A stretch of 64,000 nt of DNA, taken from the NCBI GenBank assembly GCA_043228905.1, contig JBHGNT010000005.1:20956001-21020000 (forward strand), written 5' to 3'. Below the pieces are notes generated by a model that searched no databases, was not told the origin of the DNA, and saw only the letters and a list, made by a program, of their open reading frames with translations. Positions 40,838 through 52,734 of this stretch are shown piece after piece. Origin of the DNA: Azolla caroliniana. Lineage: Eukaryota; Plantae; Polypodiophyta. Numbering within the stretch: the first letter of the stretch is position 1; every line of letters begins with the position of its first letter. Position numbers and translations under genes: made by a program.

Positions 40838-41027
40838 GTATGAGGTCAATACCTCATTTGATATATATTTGATATGTGATTTGTGTTGTATGCGTATGAG
40901 GTCAATACCTCAATTGTGAATTACATTCACATAAATATGTTATGGTTGCGTATGAGGTCAATACCACAATTTCTATGTAAATAATATGCGATTTATGTCG
41001 TATACGTAAGAGGTCAATACCTCAATT
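40838..41027. repeat. 56-bp-period array of a palindromic motif TGAGGTCAATACCTCA
   Basis: Motif starts at 40841, 40897, 40953 and 41009; related copies at ~51740, ~60788 and ~60850. Confidence 0.8.
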
Positions 41028-41049
41028 GCGTTGTTGCGGAGTTTCACAT

Positions 41050-42480
41050 GCGTGTGTCGCTCGAACGGGACCGTCGGGGCCTTGGACTGGGGAGATAAAA
41101 GAAGTGAGGATAGTGGGAGATTATGATGTCAATGACATGGGGAAAATATACATAAGTTTAGATATAAAATAGGCTTTAAACAACAATTAGGCTTAATACC
41201 ATGATTCTGATGGGTTTTTTACATAGAATTGGTTTCATGATTAATAAAAATAGCTATGAATCAAAACAGGTTTTTATTTTCTTTAGAATTGCTAGGCTTG
41301 ACACCACGATTTAGGTGGTTTTTGCAACAATGGGTTATGAGATTATCAAAGGCTAAAATAATCTAGCAAAGGCGAGTCTAGTGGGCTCCGAGCTTGACTA
41401 CTTCCGATGGCTATGTTGCCTCGATTCGGAGTAGCTCTCGTGCCACTACAACCTCCCTTCCGCAATCGGTCACTGAGTTGACCACCATCAAGATGCCGAA
41501 AAAGCCATTGCTTAAGAAATCCAAACCCTAAAATCTCGAGTAAGAAGTATAATAGGAGCAAAACTCACAAACCCTAAAATCATATGTCCTCTAGTAGAAA
41601 GAAGCTCTCAAACCCTAACCCTAGAAGGAAAAGATGAAAGAGAAAGTGATGAGGAGAAAGGGAAGCTACCAAACCCTAACCCAAGAAGAAGAGGAGAAGA
41701 TGAAACCCTCGTGGTACACCCCTAGAAGAGAAAATGGGCGACCCCATAATAGGCCCTATCGCTCCTCTCTTATAGAGGAACGAGGAGCTTATTTTAACAT
41801 TACATGCTTTTTATTCTTTCTTTATCACAAAAATGGAAGGGAAGCAAAATGCCCTATTGCTCCTCTCTTATAGAGGAAAGAGGAGCTTATTTTAACATTA
41901 CATGCTTTTTTTTCTTTCTTTATCACAAAAATGGAAGGGAAGCAAAATGATTTGACAAATCTACACCTCTCTACATATACTTATAAGCATTAACCACTAA
42001 GCTACTACATGTTACTTATTATTTTTATTTATTTATACATTATTTCATGAGATATGCATGGAACCTCGCTTTTTCCCACACTGCACACGCCACACCACGC
42101 CACACCACGCCACACCACGACATCCACCCCCACCAAACCGGACATTCTCCGGTATGTGCCAAAGGAAAGTGATGTGGTGAGGCCAAAGGTTGTCAACCTT
42201 TGTTTTCTTTCCTTCGTTGCGCCTTGCCCTCACGAAATCAACCATCAACTTTGACATAATCTCTTCTTCGTCCGTCTCCGTTCTCCCCTACTGCTCTTTC
42301 ACGTCAGGTTCACCAATGTCGTTAAATTTCCGCTTGCGTGTGTCGCTCGAATGGGACCGCTGAGGCCTTGGACCGGGGAGACACAAGGGGTGAGGAAGTG
42401 GGAGATTCGCCACCACGATTAGCAAATGTTTAAGGAGAATACGCACAAGGGGAGAGAGAATTGTAGACAAAAATATACAA
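41050..42480. repeat. ~1.2-1.3-kb repeat unit (telobox-like AAACCCTA motifs, ORF remnants), left of the TIR element
   Basis: GCGTGTGTCGCTCGAA...GGGAGATT occurs at ~41050 and ~42337; 41350-42405 is collinear with ~50475-51510. Confidence 0.8.
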
Positions 42481-43248
42481 AACACCGGGTCATTTGAAAC
42501 AGGTAATATGTCATATTCTCTTTTGCCATAGTTGGTGAGATGCAGAAAAGTACCCTAATTTAGCATGATTTCGAAAATGTACAATGCATGCGCACCTATT
42601 TTGCGAATGGATGGTGAAATATAGAACCAAATAAAATCCAAGCATTTGGTGAATTGTATATGTCTTGTTTTCGTGTCAATTTGTATATCCTGGAGTACAA
42701 TTGAATACTAGGTTGAATATTAAACATCTTTATTTGGTATCCATATTCAAATTGTAGAGTAAAACTACATAAACCCTAAATGTTAATATGTGGTTTAGGG
42801 TTGAGGAAAAAAGTAGTCCCCCACTTGTTGGACGGGTATATCGATAGTTTTGTTGTATAATGTCATATAATCCATCACAATGTAATTGGTAAGAGTAACA
42901 ATTATGTACCACGTTCATTTATACTATTTGAAACCAACAGACTTGGAACGTAGCAAACTAAAAACCATTTTTTATCAAGAACATTCACAAGTTCATGTAT
43001 ATAATCATGCTAGGAGAAATGAGAAAGTATAATATCATGTTAATACCCCAAACTGGAGAAGAGCATGGTGACCAATCATATGTATATACAAATTACAGTT
43101 CAAAAAATGATTAAAAAGTGAAATTATGAACGGGTGAATAAAATTAAACAGTAAACGATTACTTTTGTTCTCATATACAAAAACAATATCAAGTCAAGGT
43201 ATACATTATGCCTCAAAAATACTCAAAGTATACATTATGCCATCTAAA

Positions 43249-46200
43249 TCAATCTATAAGCAAATTTGGCACACTAGGCTCTTCAGGCGCTGATTGTTCT
43301 AGACTATTCTCGTTTGTGTCATCTCCACGCTCTCCTGAATCTGATGTATGTTCAAATTGTGTTACATCTTCTAGGTCCACAAGCTCCCTTGCTTCTTCAT
43401 CAATAGGTTCCATTGGTTCTCGTGAAGTCATTTGGAACATCTCTGTCTCATTGATGTGCTTAGCTCCGACTTCTTGATCCTAATCTGGACAGTCCCAGAT
43501 TCCTGTGATCCTCATTTTGATGAAGTTAACTTGTGTATGGTCCTTCTCCAACGCAACACAGTTTCGAAACATCTTCAATGCACAAGCTGTTGTAGTACCT
43601 AATGGCCACATGAACACGAATAAGTATATATAAGAATTAAAGTCTTAAACTTGATCGACAGATATCAAAGTAAATATATTTTATATACCTGTGCCAGAGA
43701 ACAAGTCTAGGACCCAATCATTTGGATTCGAGAAGAGCTCTAGGAGGCGGTTGATCAATCTTTGAGGTTTTTGATAAGGATTCACCATACTCTTATCACC
43801 TGAAACATGCCTTAATTTTTTTGTGACAGTTGGGCACATGATATAATTTACCACGTTACGCTCGTTGACATGTGCTCTAGCCTTCTTCTTTGTTATTGAA
43901 TCATAGTAACCCACACAAAAATGTTCGACCGCACTAACCATTCGATCGCCAGGGCTACGTGTAATATTTGTTTTAATCCTACAGAGAAATAAAATCATTG
44001 TTTAGAGGTATGAATGTCAACATATAATAACAAGTATCATAATGATTAAAAACAAACTGTGACACACCAATGCATGTGTTCAGTGGCATGACAATGTGAC
44101 TTCAGAGCTGTTGTGACTGACAGTGATTGCCCCATGCTATGGAATATGATTATCCTCCACAAGGGGGCCAATGTTAGTTCGGCGAAATCCTTTACCATCT
44201 TCCCGATTTGGGGGTACTTGAAAGGCACATCATCATATGTTGATCCCGCAATTCGGAATCCATATGGTATGTCGGCTATCAGCAAAGTGTAGTGCCTTCT
44301 CGGTAATAGATCGAGCATTTGTGATACTTCCCCATTAAATACACTATAATGTAACTGTTTATAAGGATTGGACCTATGCAAAAAACTCTTCACAGTCTCC
44401 AAATCTCAGACAGTTCCATCTCTTTCCCTTTGGTCATTCTCTTCTCATACTTTGCACGTTCTAAGTGTGTGATAAAGGTAGCTGGAATACCATCATTATT
44501 GTCGTTGGTCTTTTTTGATTTCGATGGTTTCTGCAAGTGTCAATGTTGTTAGGAGAGAACATTAGCTTTCAATGTATTAACATTCAAATGACACATACCC
44601 AATCTCTAAAAACAATAAAATATTCCTCCAATGCCTTGTAGGAAGAAGTTATCGAGCAGGCTTGCTCCACTTCTTCCCATGTCGGTAAACTCATTTTTTG
44701 TCATCAACTCCTGAATCTTCATGTATACCTTGTGACTATACAATAAATATGAAATTAGAAATTAAAAATCAATAATAATAGAAGAATATCATGAAACATT
44801 GTATACTATAAACCCTTACTTTTGCAATTCAGTAACCATCTCGTCCAAACTAAATTCCTTGGCAACAACTCGAGATAGCACCAATATTAATAGCCTATTA
44901 TCTTTAATACCTTGCAATGACCTCCAAGGTAAAAGTTTCATGTCTTCTGCTAACTCCTTGATTACCAAGTCGCTTTTGCCCTTTGACTTCGATTTGATCT
45001 CAACTTGTGGATCAATCCTTCCCTTCTTTGACCTTTGCCCTTTGACCTCTTTCTGCTCCCACATGCTAAATATTTTTTCCTAGAGATCCCACACCTCTCC
45101 GGTCTGAAAGGCTAGTTGAAACCAGGAATCATATTTTCGTAGCCCTTCTGATTTTGTGCTCTCATCCACTGAAATCTCCACTTCCAGTAAACACTGGCGA
45201 TGCAAACCAGGCCACAACCTTGGGCCAAAACGATTTAATGCATCTAGGTACTCATGATGAAAAAATCTGATCCTTTCAATGCATGACATCTTTTGCCTAT
45301 AATCATTATCATTGTTATGGTCCCATGCTAGTAGCTTCGCCTCCTCGTGAGTGAGTCCTGCATATACTTTACATTCGGCGTACTTAAAGAAGGGGGTGAG
45401 AGGGTATTCTTTCACAAGCTGTCTACAAGCTTCGGCCGAATGCGATCCTCCAATTACATAATATGTATAATCATCAGCAGAGCTATACTTGAAGTCTGCT
45501 ACTGTTGGACATTGATCTTGATCGATCATTACTAAAAATGGCACGACAGTAGCATGAGGATTAATTTTCATTTTGCTCTTCAAGTTTTGCACATGGACAA
45601 CGTGCGGCTCTCTAATTTCTAGGGGACGTCTTCCAATCAAGGGATCAATTGGAGACCTCTAGATTGAAGAATTGGCAAATGAAACAGCTGCCCTTTACGC
45701 ACAAGTTTTGTCTTAACAATATCTTCTCTTATTTTATTTTGTTCAGACGTTGACTTGGTGCTCTTCTTCTTCCTCCACGAATTCTAAAACCTCTTCATCA
45801 TCTTTGTTGGGTCATGGTCGTTTGTTGTATTTCTTATGAACTGGATTTGTCTTTCTAGACTTTTTTGGTGGAGTTTGTGCTTCACCATTTCTCTTGTCAC
45901 ATACGGCCGCAATGCAACTAATAAGTTGTTCATCATTTGAATGTCTTTACGTAATGAATTGGGTTTGCAACATTCTGCTACTAGGTTTCCCTTGTCAAGA
46001 CACAATCGTCTAGAGCCAACAGAGCTTGAGACATCGATTATAATACTCGAAGAATCACTATCTTCATATTCTAGCTTGGTTACATCTCCATAGTCAAATG
46101 TTTTTCCAACCTCCAATTTGCCTTTACCGTCTGGCTTAGCTGTTATTAAGAGCAGCACCCCATCTTCCTCAACATAAGAGAGACACCATTCTAACTCTGG

Positions 46201-47084
46201 GTAATTCTTATATTTAAGTTCAAATGTTTTCTCTTCCTGGGCCCCACGCTTGCTATTTTTGGTCGTTGCAATAGAAGACTTAGATGCTCCATCCCCCGTT
46301 GAGTCAAATAGAGTTCTTCTAGAGACATTTTTGACAAAAGAGTCAGAATCTCGCTTTGTTGGAGTATGAATCTTTAGTTTAAACGAAGGAACTTTTTGAC
46401 GAGAGTCACTAAAATGAAGACAACATCCTATTTAGGTTAATTACGAACAAGACCATATTATTTGAACAAAAACGATGGAGAAAGTCGTAAAATAAAGAAC
46501 AATTAAACGCAAAACACTAAAAATTGTATCAAAATGATGAGAAAACTGTAATGAGGGACATAAATTTTCTATTCGCAAAACCCTATTTTTTCAACCAAAA
46601 TATGATGCACTGCATTGGATTTTGGTTGAAAGGAGGGCTATCTTCCACCAAAATCCGATGCAGTGCATCAGACCACCAAAATCCGATGCACTGCATCGGA
46701 TTTTGGTTGAATGCCTTGATTGTGACATGACTTCTCCTGAACCATCTAGTGAAGTTTAAGTGCATTTTAATTCGATGGTGTGTTTCCTTAACAAAATATT
46801 TGGGGATTATTGCTTATTGTGAAAAGGAATCTTTAAGGCATCTTTTAGAATCTTAAAAAATGTAAAGAATATTGCTAACTTGGCGATCTTCTTTCCCTTG
46901 TTCATGATGCCTGTCGGAGGTAGTGCTTCGGAGTGCTTGAAATTAGTCTTATTGTGAAAAGGAATCTTAACAAAATATTTGGGGATTATTGCTTATTGTG
47001 AAAAGGAATCTTTAAGGCATCTTTTAGAATATTAAAAAATGTAAAGAATATTGCTAACCTGGCGATCTTCTTTCCCTTGTTCAT
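43249..47084 (-). pseudogene. Spliced ParB/Srx-like domain + beta-class N6A/N4C DNA methyltransferase (~950 aa reconstructed; stops/frameshifts)
   Basis: Predicted exons 47084-47059, 46408-44820, 44735-44599, 44530-44068, 43978-43689, 43598-43249, all GT-AG. ParB-like HVQNLKSKM...YYVIGGSHSAEA...EEAKLLAWDHN. MTase motifs VFNGEVSQMLDLLP..YTLLIADIPYG, MHW|IKTN, QKPQRLINRLL, VLDLFSGTG|TT, NCVALEKD. Confidence 0.82.
46590..46711. repeat. Cluster of long palindromes in predicted intron 1 of the cargo gene
   Basis: Perfect 33-bp palindrome ACCAAAATCCGATGCA-C-TGCATCGGATTTTGGT at 46675-46707; decayed 41-bp copy at 46590-46630; partial copy at 46645-46672. Confidence 0.9.
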
Positions 47085-47116
47085 GATGCCTGTCGGAGGT
47101 AGTGCTTCGGAGTGCT
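46787..47116. repeat. ~150-bp direct duplication containing the predicted first exon of the cargo gene
   Basis: 46787-46937 is nearly identical to 46966-47116; each contains minus-strand ATG AAC AAG GGA AAG AAG ATC GCC A(G/A)|GT. Confidence 0.85.
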
Positions 47117-47362
47117 CTGAGCTCGATGGATTCTTTGTCGTGATAATGAAAATGAAATTTGAAACTTCATTATATATAAATGTTTTTTTAAATAAAAATT
47201 AATTAAAAATTAATTTTTTTTGAAATTTCTCTTCCTAAAAAGTGTTATAGTGTAACCAATAACTCATGTCTAGTTCTAATAGTTATAATCTTTTCTATAG
47301 AGGAGTTCGGTATATAGCCCTTTGATGGTAGTGGCACAGGGTTTGTCTTGATAGTTTCGAGA

Positions 47363-50034
47363 ATGTCTTCTTCTGCAAGTAGAACGTCTTTTTTTTCTAT
47401 TGCCCCCTTTTCTTTGTCCAACAACTCATATTTCTCAATAGAAGAGTACGATTACAAGAGACATTTGAAAGGCTCGCGTAAAAAACAGAAAAGTGAGGCT
47501 CCTAGTACCTTGAATTCTCTTTTTTCAATTGATTCTGTTGATGGCCCTCTTCATGTAAGCTTAGAAGCGGAGTTTGATACTTCTATAGATAACAGTAGTA
47601 TTAGTAAACCACTTGTATTTAAAAGAATCCCGCGACAAGTTAGTGACAAGAGATTTAATTTTTTATGTTCTGATCGTCAACTGCTTTGCGACTTCAACAA
47701 AACATGTTGTGCGAATCTCTGCCTTTCAACTTATGGAAAGTTGAGGTTACGTGAAACACAACAAAAATATTTGTCGCTTAATGGGAAAGAGCAGGACACA
47801 TTTCTTCTTTCGCATATGCAGCTTAAAATGGATCACAACGCAGGGTCTAATTCTACGCAGGTTGAATATTTCCTTGGACTATATACTAAGTGTTGTCGAG
47901 CCGCTTTTAAAATCGGTCATAGCATTGGAAATATGCGGCTGCAACGAGTTCAAGAGCGTCTTCTGAAGGGATCATGGATACCGTTGGATCGAAATGGTTC
48001 TGGATGTAAGGGTCAAATTGGGCAACACGCAATTAGGTGGATGGAAGTATATTTTTCAAAATAGTGCGACATTATGCCTACGACATGAAGACTACATTTG
48101 TCAGATAACTTTACTCGAAGGGAAGTTTACCAATCATACAAGGACACCATGTCAGTGGATGATGCACCTTACATAAAGTATAGACATTTTAATCGATTGT
48201 GGAGGTTACAATTTAACAATGTGGTTATCCCACGAAAGGTACGAATGGGAGGCTGCTCAATATGTGCAAGTTTAAAAAGTATGGCCAAGGGTGGAAAATT
48301 AGATGTAGAGATAAGGAATTACAAGAACATCGTGAAAGTCAAGCATTGGAATGTTCTAAGGCTATGCATCACCGACAAAAAGTGCTTCAATCTCCCGAAA
48401 AGTATATGTGTATGATTATTGATGGCATGGATCAAAAGAAGACTTGTTTGCCGCATTTCCAACGACTCCCAAAAGATATTGCAAATGAGTGCCTCGTGCA
48501 AATGCATCTAGTAGGGTGTTTGACATATTGTCAAACAATAAGGCCACAAGTATTCTTAACTTATCCTAATATCCACAACGACCCTAATCTCACTGTCACC
48601 GTCGTGCACAGAGTATTGCAATCATGGTCGGGCATAGTACCGCCAGTTCTATACGTGCAACTAGACAACACAACAAGAGAGAATAAAAACTCAACTGTCT
48701 TCGGTTATCTAAGCATGCTAGTAGAGAGGGGCATATTTAAAAAGATAAAGGTCAACTTCTTATTAGTTGATCATACCCATGATCACATAGATCAAATGTT
48801 TAGTAGGTTCTCAAAGAAACTAGCTCGTTGTAATGCTTTCACGCTTACCACACTATCAAAATTGATAAGTGAAGCATATACACCAAAACCTGAAGTACAT
48901 CACTGGAATAAAGTGTACGACTTTAAACGTTTCTGCATGGATGGTGATGGGGACTTAATGTAGGGTGCTTGCACCTCTTAATAATATAAGTTTCAACCAT
49001 GTCTTCCTCATAAAACAAACCTCGGCCCACCTCAAGATGACGGTGTTGTTTGCAAAAAAATACTCATCTAGTACACAATGGGAGCCCCAAGAAGGTTGTA
49101 GACTCCTACTTCATTTCCTTGATGCACCACTGCATGGTGCACAACAAATGCCATATGATGATCATAAAAATGTGGCACCCAATAGTTCTATTGATGAACA
49201 AAGGGCATATTGGTTGCGATGTCTTGAAGAGAAACAAAAGAATATTGATCGCACCAAGAAGTACGCCAGTGATGAGGATGTTGAATGGTGGGAGATCTTC
49301 TTCACCCATCAATGCACCATTTTAGATAATTACATTGCCGGATTTTGGCCAATCCATAATCCATTCACATGGAATATTGGGGTGCCATCAATGATATCGC
49401 CGACTCATCATCAAAACCATCGAATAATATAGAGCTTCATAATTTAGTTCGACCACTGCAAAGAGATATTTGCGTGGGACCAAGAAAGTCATGTATTGTT
49501 CAGGCAAGATGGCAAGGTAATTTGCAAGAACTACAAGTTGGAATGTTGGTCGCAACATTAGCTGGGGGTGATAACTTGGGCCATCCATTTTGGATTGCAA
49601 AAATTATTGAATTAGTGAAGGATGAAGAAGGCAATCAAACAAAGTCAATTGTGGTCCACTGGTATCAGACATCTTCACCTGATGCATTTACGAGAAAGTA
49701 TTCTTTAGAGATGGTTAAGGATGTTGGATGTTAAAGCAGAAAGAGAAGAAGAAAGAATATACCGAGCAGAGCTACTCTTGCACTAGACCATGTTGACATA
49801 CTAGTATACGACTTCTCATTAACAAAATCAAGCCATCTAAGACAAGCCACCATCAAGATAATAAAGGAGAAAATCCCAAATATGGTATCAAACAATATAC
49901 AAAGACTAACTAGAAGCAATTCTCATAACTACAAAGATGTTGGCTTGGAATTGGACGAAGATAATGCATTGATTGCCACTGATGATGAGGATGAGACGTC
50001 AGAATGCTCTTCCAGTCCATTAGACATGTCTTAA
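47363..50034 (+). pseudogene. DUF7869-like (Sola1-like) DDD transposase, several stops/frameshifts
   Basis: CCANLC, CCRAAFKIGHSIG..RL, FNRLW, GCSIC; core IIDGMDQKKTCLP ... YVQLDNTTRENKN ... FLLVDHTHDHIDQMFS; C-terminal beta-rich domain PFWIAKI...VVHWY. Lies within TIRs. Confidence 0.78.
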
Positions 50035-50365
50035 AATGTTGACTTGGTTCAAGCTTGGGATCGTTTTACTACATGATCTGAAACTTTGTAAATTACTTTC
50101 AGATGTTAAATCACGAATATGTATAATTATAGCTAGTAGTCATGTTGTACATTCTTTTGTAATTTTGGCGATGTATATTGTTAGGCATTTTACTTATGTC
50201 TAAAAGTGGTAGTCATGTTGAAATTCAATATATTTTGCCACATTTTTTGAAAAGCTTTACGCATGCATCACGTCTTTTTGTAAACTTCGTGGTTTTGTGC
50301 CCTTTTTTGACGTAGTGTTCTTAAAATGCGACATATTGCCTGTTTCAAATGACCCGGTGTTACAA

Positions 50366-51690
50366 GAGTTATGTTGCAAAAATTAGGGTTTGTAGGTTAG
50401 ATACCACAATTTAGGTGATTCTTTTACATAGAAATAGTTTCATCATTATTGAAAAACAACTAATCAACACACATGGGGCTGAAATAATCTGATGAAGGCG
50501 AGTCTAGTTGGCTCCGAGCTCGACTACTTCCGACGGCTATGTTGCCTTGATTCGGAGTAGCTCTCATGCCACTAAAACCTCCCTTCCACAACTGGCCACC
50601 GAGTTGACCACCATCGAGACGTTGAAGAGGTCTTCGTGTAAGGAACCCAAACCCAAACCCAAACCCTAACTCACAAGTAGATGCAAAACTCACAACCCTA
50701 AAACTCATAAGAAAGAAGAACCCTACATGCTCATAAGGAACATAAAAACCCTAAACCTCGGGTTCTCTAATATGTTGAGGAGAAAGATAGAAAATTAGAA
50801 AGAAGAAGTGTTCAAACCCTAACCCTACAAGAAAAAGAAGAAGGAGAAAGGGAGGCTACCAAACCCTAACCCAAGAAGAAGAGGAGAGAAGATGAAACCC
50901 TAGTGGTACACCCCTAAGGCAAAATGGGCGACCCCCAAATAAGCCCTATCCCTCCTCTCTTATAGAGGAAAGAGGAGCTTATTTTAACAGTACATGTTTT
51001 TTGGTATTTCCTTTATCCTAAAAATGGAAGGGGAGGAAAACTCTCCTTGATTTGTAGCAAGAGAGACTCAAACTTTACACCTCTCTACACATACTTATAA
51101 GCCTTAACCACTAAGCTACTACAAGTTATTTATTATTTATTTGTTTATTTCTCTATTTATACATTATTTCACATGGAACCTTGCTTTTTCTCACACTGCA
51201 CACGCCACACCACAACATCCACCCCCACCAAACTGCACATCCTCCGGTATGTGCCAAAGGAAAGTGATGTGGTGGGGCCAAAGGTTGTCAACCTCAATTT
51301 TTTTCCCCTTCGTTGCACCTTGCCCGTGCGAAATCCACCATCGTCTACGACATCATCTCCACAAAATCTTCTTCGTCCGTCTCCGTCCTCCCCTATCGCT
51401 ATTTCACGTTGGGTTCACCAATGTTGCTAAAATTCCGCGTGCGTGTGTCACTCGAACGGGACCGCCAGGGCCTTGGACTGGGGAGACACAAGGGGTGAGG
51501 AAGTGGGAGATTATGATGTCAATGACATGGGGAAAATATACATAAGTTTAGATATAAAATAGGCTTTAAACTACAATTAGGCTTAATACCACGATTTCGG
51601 TGGGTTTTTTACATAGAATTGGTTTTTTATACATTATTTCATGAGATATGCGTGGAACCTCGCTTTTTCCCACATTGCACACGCCACACC
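50366..51690. repeat. Continuation of the ~1.2-1.3-kb repeat array, right of the TIR element
   Basis: Collinear with 41350-42405, then repeats 41050-41235 (ATGACATGGGGAAAATATACATAAG...). Confidence 0.8.
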
Positions 51691-51899
51691 ATGACAATGT
51701 ATTATGATTAGCCCTTATTTTTGGATGTTTCGTGTGCATAGAGGCTATACACCTCGATTACATGTCTAGATTTCATCATATGTTGGCTATTTGATATTAC
51801 GATTATTTTAATATATGCATATGTGGTCACGTGTATGAGTATTTGATCGTATATATGTGATAAATATACATATGTGTATATTAGTTATTACGTGATTTC

Positions 51900-52677
51900 T
51901 ATATCCAAACGTCCTTTTGATTATCATTTAGTACATTGGTGACCACTTTTTTAGTCTCAATTGGCATTTGTCCTGCACCATAAACAAGAGTAGAAGGCAT
52001 ATGAAGTAGAAATTGACACCCACCTTCAAGCTCCCATTTGGGGGAGGATGAATACTGCTTTGCATATAATAATGTACAACCACGATGATCATTTGATTAT
52101 TATTAAGAATATGTGGTTGAAACTTATATTATTTAATGGTGTTAACACTTTGGCATTTCGTTCTCCACCATCTGAGATGTATCTCTTGAAATCATATATT
52201 TCCTTCAAGTGTTCCACAATTGGGTGTGGCGTATATGCATCACGAATGATGTCGAAAAACTTAGGTAACGTGAAAGCATCATATCGTGATAACTGCCTAG
52301 AGAAGTTACTGAACATCTGATCGATATGGTCATGTGTGTGACCAACCAATAGAAAGTTAACTTTCACTTTCCTAAAAATTCCTTGGTTCACCAGCATACA
52401 TAGATAACCAAAGACCGTAGAATTTTTGTTTTCACAAGTAGTATTGTCAAGTTGAATATATAAAGCTGGTGGCAAAGACTGCCCCCAAGACATAAAAACT
52501 TTTTGAATCACATCGACTGTTAAATTAGGGTCATTGTGGACATTTGGGTAGGTAATGAAGACATGAGGCTTAACACTTCCATTATACGCTAAACAACACA
52601 CCAAGTGCATCTTCACGAGACAATCATCGTTGACATCTTTAGGAAGACGTTTAAGATGAGGTAGACACGTCTTCTCC
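51900..52677 (-). pseudogene. Second DUF7869-like transposase fragment (diverged paralogue)
   Basis: KTCLPHLKRLPKD...YIQLDNTTCENKN...FLLVGHTHDHIDQMFS...PLNNISFNH aligns to 48440-49000. Confidence 0.85.
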
Positions 52678-52734
52678 TTCTCTGTCGTTGTCTCTGTACG
52701 TCGTATCAAGCTCTTATTTAGCTCCTAACGCCAT

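Larger units (their letters stand above)
42481..50361. mobile_element. TIR DNA transposon (DUF7869/Sola-like transposase) carrying a ParB-like/DNA amino-methyltransferase cargo gene
   Basis: 32-bp TIRs AACACCGGGTCATTTGAAACAGGYAATATGTC at 42481-42512 and 50330-50361 (1 mismatch). ACAA direct repeat at 42477-42480 and 50362-50365. Two divergent genes inside. Confidence 0.88.

Noticed and set aside
40838-41027. CRISPR array
   Set aside because: Eukaryotic context, no cas genes, only four repeats, and alternate spacers resemble each other; kept only as a periodic palindromic repeat.
42483-50359. CACTA-type assignment from CAC...GTG ends
   Set aside because: Those boundaries give no direct TSD and no Tnp2-like protein is seen; AAC...GTT ends with an ACAA TSD fit better.
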